From Macrostomum lignano (taxonomy: Eukaryota): a stretch of DNA of 37,239 bases. The notes under the pieces are model-generated. The model did not search any database. It was given only the letters and a program-made list of their open reading frames with translations, and was not told where the DNA came from. The translations under genes and the position numbers were made by a program. The stretch lies in NCBI GenBank assembly GCA_002269645.1, contig NIVC01003551.1, forward strand, positions 1 to 37,239. Reading direction: 5' to 3'. How positions within the stretch are numbered: the stretch's first letter is position 1; each line of letters opens with the position of its first letter. Below, piece by piece: positions 23,115-32,924 of this stretch.

Positions 23115-23907
23115 CTACATGTCCTCCTCAGTATTAACCCTTACATCTGTTACTATATCCAGGTAGCACTTCTTTGTCAGGGTCGAGCAGTACTCGGATA
23201 CAACAATATCATCGAACCCATGCCGAGCTGAAGATTGAGCCTTCATTAGTCTGCAGTTTACATTGGCCATAATGTCCGTCAGATGATCGTGACGAAACCG
23301 GTCACAAATGACGTCGCAGAATGTCTGTACGAACAGTGAGCCATTATACCGATCCCGATGGGCTGTTTCGCCCTTAGTGCTTGAATGGCAGACCAGAAAA
23401 TCTTTTTTATAAGGGCTGAATCTGGAATCTTCCGCGCGATTTGGTGAAAAGCGCGACTCGTCAGCTTTCAATCCACGACACGCTTGAATAATGAAAATCT
23501 TTGGCTTGTTGAGCAGACTGGTGCAGTGAACAGGGTACAGAGGCCGCATAATTGATTCTAAGCCTACGGATTCTCCATCACTTCCATAGACTTCCCCACT
23601 AGAGCCGTGAGCCATGATGACGCACACAAAGCAGCCGAGGTTGGAACGGCCAAATTCAACTGAAGCCGCGTGAACTTGTTCCGGCATCTCCTGACTAGTT
23701 GGATTTTCCGCCAACTGGACATCAAAAGCCATCTTTGAGAACAGTGTTGATAGCCTATCTACGTCCAAGCGAGATCCTTCCCGATCCTCAAGGAGTGACC
23801 TCCTGTCATACTTTTCAACGTTGATTATTAGACAAACACCCCGTCGCGGAGACGTCACTGGGTATCGGTCGTCATCTTCAGCGGTTCTGCAATAGCGATT
23901 TGTTATA
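23115..23907 (-). CDS. Caspase (peptidase C14) domain exon of the ANK-kinase-caspase gene
   Basis: RGVCLIIN..REGSRLDVDRL..CFVCVIMAHG..GSDG..NKPKIFIIQACRG..DFLVCHSS..HRDRYNGSLFVQ; catalytic His and Cys are intact. Confidence 0.92.
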
Positions 23908-26900
23908 CTGGTGATGCAAATAAATCAAATATACTTTTAGTCAGTCAGGGACCAACCTCTGAGACGCAACGGCTCCGGGGTTATTCAATATGCTGCCTTC
24001 AGAGCTGCCACTTGGCCCGCCTGGACCGCCTCCGTTATTAGAATCGGCTCCTCTGGGATCATTTGTGCCATCTCCGTAGCCTGCATTTGGCCTGCGCTTG
24101 CAGTCGCCTCCGTCTGGACCGCTGCCTTTCTCATTGTCATCGTCATTGTCATTCTGACTTTTTACGGCCAAATGGTCAGAATCTAAAATGTTGTTATTTC
24201 GTTTGGATGAAATGATTGTCATCAGTTTCCCAATTAATATCTGTACGAGAAGTAGGGCCTAAACTATATAGTCAGCTAGTGACAGCTACTGATGAGTATG
24301 AGTTTAATAGTCTGCGATCGCAAGAGAAACTTTGAGTACAACCGCAAATTAGGATAAAAGTAGATCTTAACACACGCAGGTACACCCTGAGAGCTTTCAG
24401 CGGCCCGGACACTCTCGTCATCAGGTATGACGTGTTTTAGCGCTTTGCTACTCACACCCATCCCCTTAGTAAACTAAAGGTTTGCTATACTAAAATATTT
24501 AAATTGATCCAACAACTTAATCTGCACTCACTGCACACGATAAATGGATGCTTGAGCAGCTCAGCTGACGACTTTCGAGTTTTGTAATTCTTGTCTGTAC
24601 AGAAGCGGTAAAAATCTATCATGTTGATGTCGCATGTCTCCGGTGAACTCGCCAGTGAAGGAGCGCCGAACGTTGAAATTTTGCTGCCAAGATGCACGAA
24701 GCTTTTTATGTTGTCATACGGCACTCTGCCATTTGCCATGTAGTACACGATGCAACCGAGGGCCCAGACGTCCGTTTTGGGGCAGATTCGACCGGAGCTG
24801 CCGCCTTCCTGGTCGTCTCCGCCGAATCTCTCCGGAGCCAGGAAATGGAGAGTCCCTTTCGGCATCGTGCTGCTCTCCAGGCAGTGCGTGTCGGATTCGC
24901 ACAGCCTGCGAGACAGACCAAAGTCGATAAGCTTCACCAATTTATTTCCATCTATAAGGATGTTGTTGCCGTTGATGTCCCGGTGAACAACACCCATGCT
25001 GTGCATATACTGTAGAGCGCTGCAGATCTGTAAGCAGGGTTTCCACTTGAGAGTTTAAAATGAAATTCTTCTCTAACTTTCAAATCTAGGCAAGTCTCAC
25101 CTGGGTTGTTAGCTTTCGGTTCACTTCGATTTGAACAGGTTCTCCATTAAGAAAATTATTCAGCGTTTTACCGTAGACGCGCTCCATCACAACAGTGATC
25201 TGCAGGCTATCGGCATTGTAGCATATTTCAACAAATTTTGCAATGTTTTCGTGTTTCAGTCCGCACAGATTCAGTTCAGCCTTGATATTGTCTGCGACTT
25301 TGTGATTTCTGACGTCCTTTCCGTCTGTGTCGTGGAAGGGCAAGTTAATGAACTTGGCGCAGTACTCGGTCGGGCTGTTCGGCAGAGTGGCCCGGCAAAC
25401 AGTTCCGAATGCGCCCCGACCGATCTCTTCGCCGAATTTGATGCTCTTCATGACGGACTTGCTGCAAGGGTAAGCTCATTGTGTATTGTGTGTAAGCTCA
25501 ATGCTCAGGGTATGAAAAGCAATTTGATCTTCCAGTTCGCTGGCTGAGGGTCTTCTGTCACCAACTAAACACCAAACAAACTGATTTCGGTTAAGTTAGA
25601 AATGACTAACAAATTTTAAAAAACCATCTGCAATGCAACTCACCATTCCACTTTCGGAACCGTGCTACTCTCCGTTGGTTTTGCTGCTTCTGTTTCCATT
25701 GCTACTTCACCAGCTGCCACCGGCGTCTCTTTTGCTTGCATTGCAGCAGCTGCATTAAGTGCATCCAGCTTGCTGTTCAGATCAAGCCTTGAGCCTTCTT
25801 GCTGCTTAATACCGCTGTTACCTGGAGCACGAACCGGCAGAGTCGGACGGTTGTTAAAAGACCTCATTGTAGGCAGAGTTGCAGAGTCTGCGCTAGCCAG
25901 AAGCCTGAAAAAGAGGGCATTTCATCATCCGTGAAAACAGCATCGTGGCTCGTAATGGCTTGTAACAGATCAAAGAGCAAATTTCTCACGGGTGAACTCG
26001 CAGTTTCTCCTTGAAGAATGATTTATCCGCGAACCTTGGGGCGTCATTTAGCGAGTCTAGGTGTTGTAGTAAAATAGAAAAATTGCAGCACACAAAAAGA
26101 TAACAAATAGAGAGTTCTCACTGGCCCAGCAGTTCGGAGGTCTGCTTGCAGCAGTTCCTATCAGCATAGTACAGCGCGGTGCTCCCGTTGTTGTCTCGCA
26201 TCTCCCAGTTGGCGCCAAGCCGAAGCAGCGCCCTGACGCTGTCCACGTGGTCGCGGCTGGCCGCCTGCATGAGGGCCGTCCAGTTGCGGTGGTCGCCGCA
26301 GTTCACGGCCGCCCCGGAGTTGGCGAGCGCCCACATGGCGCCCTCCCAGCCGGCTGCGGCGGCCGAGTGCAGACTGCTCCAGCCGTTGGCGTCAGGCGCC
26401 GTGGGGTCGCCAAGACCTGCCAGGAGCTTCAGCACCTCAAGGCCGGCTGACTTGCACTCGGAGACTCGCATCAGCGCAGTCTTGCCGGCACCGTCGGGCA
26501 AGTCGCAGTTGGCGCTGGTGGCCAGCAGCTTGAGCTCGGCGAGATTGCCAGCAAGGGCGAGCTGCTCCAGCTGTATGCGAATTCGCTCTTGCTGGAAGGT
26601 ACGTATATTTAGACAATTATTGGGGATTAAGGACTTTAGACGCTTGCCACAGGCTCAAGCACTGAGCACACAAGATCATGTTTACGCTCGCATGTGCCTC
26701 GAATCGTCATTGTCACGCAAGTGTGTAATGACAATTAATGGCAACTCCCAAATTGACATTTTGACGTGTCCGCTTGGCACCACGATTTTTAAAAGTACAA
26801 ACTATAGCTGTTCATTAGTCTAAGGATGCTAAATTAATCTGCAAGCAAGTTTTTGAACACTCACCTGGGGCGTCAGGCCGTTCTCAAGTAACTTCAGTTC

Positions 26901-28319
26901 ACTAAAATGATCGGTGTACAAGTATTTATCAAACTGTTTTAACATTTAAAAATCGGATTCTTTATATTATATACTGCCTCACTCACGCCTCAATTATCTT
27001 GGCCAACTCGTGCCAGCCGCACTCCTCAGCCATGTCCAGCGCCGTCCGACCTTCCGAGTTATTTTTGCACAGAACTGCCTGCCAGTTGCTGGCCAGGTGT
27101 GTCTGCCTGAACAGGTGCATCAAGTGCTTCGCGCAGCGGGTCTTCCCGGATTGGGCGGCCTCCATAAATGGCGTGAGTCCCTTGTTGTTGGTCTGGAATT
27201 TGATTTCAGCCGGGAGCAGAGCCAGCAACATCAAGTTGCCATGCCGGGCGGCCAGATGGGCGAGGCTGTCCCCGTTCTCATCGGCACTGTGAAGCTCGCA
27301 AGCTGACCGGTCAATCAGCAGCTCGAAGCTCTTGGCGCAGTTCGCGCGCAGACCACCGGGAGTCCCGGCGCATTCAGCCAGGACCGCCCTGCAGTCTGAC
27401 GGGGTCAGGTCCTCCTTGGCTACGAGATCCAACAGCAGACCGTAGTTTCCCTCCTTCAGCTTCTCTGCGATCTCGCTGGTCTGGGACTGAAGCAAATAGG
27501 GTTTTTTAAACACGTGGTTAATAATAGGGCATCTGTATCACAGGTATGCAGCAGTTTTCTGAGATCCGGACTGATACAAAATCCCCTGGGTTAACACCTA
27601 TAAACAGGTGCCATTCCCACCCATGGGTAGTCAAACTCGAAGCTATGGAATGTGTGCGATGCCTAACGACGAGAGTGAGGACCTACGTACTCTAGATGCA
27701 TGAATCTCTCTCATGACATGTGCCTGCATTTGCATCCGATTGAGTGATCATGTAATCCCTCTAGCTCTGAATGCTATACCAACCAATGCGAGTGCTCTAA
27801 CCAGCGGGAGATTCGGTCTGAGTCTCAACCAATTGGGAGCAGTAGTGTGCTAAGGAAATATATTCAATGCGAAAGACTTTGGGGAAAATACTAGAAATAA
27901 ACCCTTGTAAAATTCAAGCAAGAAACTTGGCTATCCCTTCACCCCCTCGCCTCATAGCAATCTCTGCTGGCTCTTTGAGATCAGCCGAACTATAAATTGA
28001 CTCAGCGAATCTTGAAAAATAGGTGGACTTAAAATTTTATTCAAATCCTCAGAGCGCGATCCCAAAACATTCGGAAGATTCTTACTCGAAATTCTCCACT
28101 TTATAACACCATTTTCTGCAAGTGTAACATCTCCGTGATCGAATCATCACGAAAAGTCAGTCGATCGGCTCATCAATATATAGACAAGAGCCACAGAAAT
28201 GAGACCCAAAAATATGATATGCCTCCATCCATGCGAGTGATTGATCCACTCCATACTAAAACCAGTGCAATATCCATTTAATATCCATTTAATTATCAAC
28301 TTACCAACGGATCCGGCAT
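23115..28319 (-). CDS. Ankyrin repeat - Ser/Thr kinase - caspase multidomain protein (9 exons, ~1052 aa)
   Basis: Exons 28319-28305, 27486-26987, 26901-26865, 26591-26122, 25904-25644, 25461-25101, 25027-24532, 24182-23957, 23907-23115. All introns are GT-AG with matching phases (0,2,0,2,2,0,1,2); total 3159 nt in one frame. The kinase-to-caspase linker junctions are the least certain. Confidence 0.75.
24532..25461 (-). CDS. Protein kinase domain exons (STE/MAP3K-like) of the ANK-kinase-caspase gene
   Basis: IGRGAFGTV, YCAKF, LKHENIAKF, HRDINGNNIL, KLIDFGL, GTLHFLAPE, DVWALGC, ELLKHPFI; 73-nt intron 25100-25028. Confidence 0.92.
26122..27486 (-). CDS. Ankyrin-repeat exons of the ANK-kinase-caspase gene
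   Basis: DENGDSLAHLAA, NNKGLTPFMEAA, NSEGRTALDMA, DGAGKTALMR, DANGWSSLHSAA, DHRNWTALMQAA, DNNGSTALYYA: about seven repeats in two blocks joined through a 37-nt microexon. Confidence 0.88.
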
Positions 28320-29056
28320 ACTTCTTACGACGTAGAAAAAAAATATCGCAGAATGAATTCTGCCAATTTTCAGTTTAGTTTGCAATAGAAATGAAAACTA
28401 TAGAATGAGGGAAGAACTGCAGCTTTTAGTATCAAAATATCTGCCTGCTATGTACATTGGGTTTTAGTACCTTGTAGCTTATTACGCTCGTACCTTGTAC
28501 TTCATAGCAAGACTTGTCTGTCCAATGCACTTGGCCAGTGTACACTCAGTACAGCTAATTGCTGTACACTCAGTTTTGAAGCTAATTGGTGGGTGGAGTA
28601 AATGAGAGTGCAGAGAGCTGGCTGGAAACAAAAAAGCCAATTGAGCCTGGTCAGGAGCAATTTTATCGTTAGTGGGAGACTTGCTTTTCAATTAAACACG
28701 ATTCTGCATCCCTGCATCAAACCCTAAAACCGTGCTTAAACGGCTTGTGATCGCGTATTGGCTGGGGTCATTTAATGCACGATCCAGAAATATAGTTTAG
28801 TAGTAGTGCTAGACTTAAAGGCCAATATTACTCTTAGTGCAGAGAAAACTTTCAGACTCGCTGGTCTTCTGAACAGCAAAAAAGCGGGTAGCCATGCATT
28901 TGGCGCAGCTTGAGTTAAAATCTTGTCCACTTTAATTAAAAAAACATCGAATCTTGAGAGTTTTTCCAATCAAATCGGCCTTCCAATTTTTAACTATCAG
29001 AAATTTGGAAAGGGTGTGAAAGGTGAAGGTTCAGTAACTGATCGAGGATCTGAGAG

Positions 29057-29847
29057 TTAGCGGCTGTGGCCCAGCAACTGGGGATCTGGGAGGCTGGCCC
29101 AGCAACTGGGGATCTGGAAGGCCGGCCCAGCAGTTGGGGATCTGGGAGGCTGGCCCAGCAACTGACCTTCTGGAAGGCTGGCCCAGCAACTGACCTTCTG
29201 GAAGGCTGGCCCAGCAACTGAGGATCTGGGGGGTTGGCCCAGCAACTGACACTCTGGGAGGCTGGCCCAGCAACTGAGAATCTGGGAGGCTGGCCCAGCA
29301 ACAGGGGATCTGGGAGGCTGGCCCAGCAACTGGGAATCTGGGAGGTTGCATGGCCCAACAAGTGAGGATCTGAGAGGCTGGCCCAGCAACTGGGGATCTG
29401 GGAGGCTGGCCCAGCAACTGACATCCTGGGAGGCTGGCCCAACAACTGACACTCTGGGAGGCTGGCCCAGCAACTGAAGATCTGGGAGGCTGGCCCAGCA
29501 ACTGACACTCTGGGAGGCTGGCCCAGCAACTGACACTCTGGGAGGTTGGCCCAGCAACTGGGAATCTGAGAGGCTGGCCCAGCAACTGACCTTCTGGAAG
29601 GCTGGCCCAGCAACTGAGGATCTGGGAGGTTGGCCCAGCAACTGAGGATCTGGGAGGCTGGCCCAGCAACTGAGAATCTGGGAGGCTGGCCCAGCAACTG
29701 AGAATCTGGGAGGCTGGCCCAGCAACTGAGGATCTGGGAGGCTGTTCCAGCAACTGGGGATTTGGGAGGCTGGCTCAGCAACCTAGGATCTGGGAGGCTG
29801 GCTCAGCAACTGAGGATTTTGGAGGTTTAACCAGCAACTGAGGATGA
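29057..29847. repeat. Minisatellite, 28-bp unit (GAGGATCTGGGAGGCTGGCCCAGCAACT), ~28 copies
   Basis: Direct tandem repetition; all three minus frames are open with the same 28-aa periodic text. Confidence 0.95.
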
Positions 29848-30133
29848 GTGCTGTACTTCACTTTAGGCGTTAACATTTCGCATTTTAAAATCCAATGCAC
29901 ATGCTGTTTTATTCCGGTGATTTAGAGGCACATTTGGTCAATTCAGAACGATCCAGTAACCCTCTATAGCCCTTAAAAAGTGTGCAATGCATACTTGTAT
30001 AACCACAGCACTGAAAGGGAAAGCATAGCGAGTGGCTTTGATTGGAAAATATTGTTTTATTTCCGAGAAATGTTTTTCTAGTCCTGTCAGTCAAAGAACT
30101 CGTGCAAAAAGCAGGTGTAGCAGTTGCTTCTAG

Positions 30134-30394
30134 TTAATAAACTCCAGCTCTCCAGGTGTCGCGCCGACTGCCCGTGCAGCAGGGATGGACCAGCTGGCAG
30201 CAGTTCAGCAGCGAAGCGCCGCAGGGAGCGCAGGCGATGGCAGCACATCTGACCATCGTGTGCATCTTCTGACCCACATGGTCTTTCGGCTGCGCCGCGT
30301 CGAGTCCGCCTGATTGCAAACCTGCCCCTTCTGTGCAGCTCCGGTGCCCAATGATTGAGCTTGGCTGCTGCATCACCACTGGCTGGGTTGCCAT
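30134..30394 (-). CDS. Small protein (86 aa) with N-terminal QPVVMQQP and a Cys-rich C-terminal half; may be the first exon of a longer gene
   Basis: GC-rich ORF MATQPVVMQQP...CAAIACAPCGASLLNCCQLVHPCC..., preceded by acceptor-like TTCATCAG. Family not established. Confidence 0.4.
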   Translation of the reverse strand: MATQPVVMQQPSSIIGHRSCTEGAGLQSGGLDAAQPKDHVGQKMHTMVRCAAIACAPCGASLLNCCQLVHPCCTGSRRDTWRAGVY

Positions 30395-30627
30395 GCGAAC
30401 GGCCTGTGCCTGATGAATCTTTACAATCAATTTAGCTGCTATAGTTGCAAAATCTATTTAGAGCATTGATTTAGAGACGTGTTACTTCGGCTTGTCAAGA
30501 GTGCAAGGCGAGCATTAGATCGCTCATCTGCGAAATGTCTGTGGGCAGCAGTTCCTCAAAACTGGGGATTTCCAAATCTCAAAAATGCAATTGCTTGCTG
30601 ATGTTTGCAAATACGCACTCCCTTCAG

Positions 30628-32102
30628 TCAGTGCTTGAGAGTCTGCCTCTCCGCTCTCCCTCAGTGCCTGAAAATCTGCCTCTCCGCTCTCCCTCAGTGC
30701 CTGAAAATCTGCCTCTTCGCTCTCCCTTAGTGCCTGAGAACCTGCCTCTCCGCTCTCCCTCAGTGCTTGAGAACCTGCCTCTCCGCTCTCCCTCAGTGCT
30801 TGAGAATCTGCCTCTCCGCTCTCCCTCATTGCTTGAGAATCTGCTCTGCTCTCCCTCAGTGCTTGAGAATCTGCCTCTCCGCTCTCCATCAGTGCTTGAG
30901 AATCTGCCTCTCCCTCAGTGCCTGAGAATCTGCCTCTGCTCTCCCTCAGTGCTTGAGAATCTGCCTCTCCGCTCTCCCTCAGTGCTTGAGAATCTGCCTC
31001 TGCTCTCCCTCAGTGCTTGAGAATCTGCCTCTGCTCTCCCTCAGTGCTTGAGAATCTGCCTCTGCTCTCCCTCAGTGCTTGAGAATCTGCCTCTCCCTCA
31101 GTGCCTGAGAATCTGCCTCTCCGCTCTCCCTTAGTGCCTGAGAATCTGCCTCTCCGCTCTCCCTCAGTGCTTGAGAATCTGCCTCTTCGCTCTCCCTCAG
31201 TGCCTGAGAATCTGCCTCTTCGCTCTCCCTCAGTGCCTGAGAATCTGCTTCTCCGCTCTCCCTCAGTGCCTGAGAATCTGCCTCTCCGCTCTCCCTCAGT
31301 GCTTGAGAATCTGCCTCTCCATCAGTGCTTGAGAATCTGCTTCTCCCTCAGTGCCTGAGAATCTGCCTTTCCGCTCTCCCTCAGTGCCTGAGAATCTGCC
31401 TCTTCGCTCTCCCTCAGTGCCTGAGAATCTGCCTCTTCGCTCTCCCTCAGTGCCTGAGAATCTGCTTCTCCGCTCTCCCTCAGTGCCTGAGAATCTGCCT
31501 CTCCGCTCTCCCTCAGTGCTTGAGAATCTGCCTCTCCATCAGTGCTTGAGAATCTGCTTCTCCCTCAGTGCCTGAGAATCTGCCTTTCCGCTCTCCCTCA
31601 GTGCCTGAGAATCTGCCTCTTCGCTCTCCCTCAGTGCCTGAGAATCTGCCTCTTCGCTCTCCCTCAGTGCCTGAGAATCTGCTTCTCCGCTCTCCCTCAG
31701 TGCCTGAGAATCTGCCTCTCCGCTCTCCCTCAGTGCTTGAGAATCTGCCTCTCCATCAGTGCTTGAGAATCTGCTTCTCCCTCAGTGCCTGAGAATCTGC
31801 CTTTCCGCTCTCCCTCAGTGCCTGAGAATCTGCCTCTCCGCTCTCCCTTAGTGCCTGAGAATCTGCCTCTCCGCTCTCCCTCAGTGCCTGAGAATCTGCC
31901 TTTCCGCTCTCCCTCAGTGCCTGAGAATCTGCCTCTTCGCTCTCCCTCAGTGCCTGAGAATCTGCCTTTCCGCTCTCCCTCAGTGCCTGAGAATCTGCCT
32001 TTCCGCTCTCCCTCAGTGCTTGAGAATCTGCCTTTCCGCTCTCCCTCAGTGCTTGAGAATCTGCCTTTCCGCTCTCCCTAAGTGCTTGAGAATCTGCCTC
32101 TC
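30628..32102. repeat. Minisatellite, 33-bp unit (GAGAATCTGCCTCTCCGCTCTCCCTCAGTGCCT) with 26-bp variants and a 217-bp higher-order repeat
   Basis: Direct tandem repetition; identical ORFs recur at 31351/31568 and 31325/31542, with a third matching start at 31785. Confidence 0.95.
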
Positions 32103-32924
32103 CACCTTCCCTCCGAAATTAATGAAATTTCAGAAATTAATGAAATCCACAAGCGCACGACAGCCGCAATGTAAATTTCAAGATGCCGACAGAAATCTGC
32201 AAGAGAAAGAAGACAATAGCAGACTTGCAGAGTGTATTTGGGATTCCAACTCGGTGTTTATACAAGTGCACAGTGGGTCAAGCGAGCTGGCAGAACAAAG
32301 ACCTACTGATAATTATTTGTTTAAAAAACGCGGGCAGATCAGTAATCCTTAATCAATAAGCTTGTAAGCGAAAGAGGGAACAATCTATCAGAGAGAATCG
32401 AAATTGCGTACAGAACAAGACACACAAGCGACACCAAGTTTTCAATCCAATACGGAGACCTACAAAATGATGCACCGGACACCAAAGATTAATAAAACCA
32501 AAATCAACAGAGAACTATAATATTCAATTTAGTTAATTTTATAATAATTTCAATATTGGCAACTGGGAAACGCAAACAAACAAATGTGTGGGGTACAGGC
32601 TGACAAATACAAACAAATTGTATTTGTAAAGTAGATTGCATCAATTTATAGTGAGTCAACGTGCACTTACTCAGATTCTGAGTTAAATTATAAAGTACTT
32701 TTCCCCAGTCCAAGTAGGGAAACTATTTAGGCTTTGGATAGGCCCCAGTCTGTTTGAAAATTTATAAAATGAGTTAGCAAAAGAAAAATCATTCCAGCCG
32801 AAGAAAGATACGATTAAACTACTTGCAAAACTGTAATAAATTGTTTTGTCGATTTTGTACTACTTAAAACAGGTACTAAGAGTAGTAGCGAACGAGCAGA
32901 GTTATCTAGAAGCCACACGAGAAG

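Noticed and set aside
25462-25564. Additional exon GDRRPSASELEDQIAFHTL between linker and kinase
   Set aside because: Phase-incompatible with the upstream donor, no GT donor, and an in-frame stop before the kinase.
25780-25800. EGSRLD hexapeptide shared between the linker exon and the caspase domain
   Set aside because: Codons differ and the similarity does not extend; most likely coincidence.
28990-29781. Three long minus-strand ORFs as an N-terminal extension of the fusion gene
   Set aside because: All frames are open because of the 28-bp array; a better first coding exon (ATG..TTG|GTAAGT) exists at 28319-28305.
1-32102. Tandem arrays as CRISPR arrays
   Set aside because: Units are head-to-tail with no unique spacers, the context is eukaryotic and no cas genes are present.
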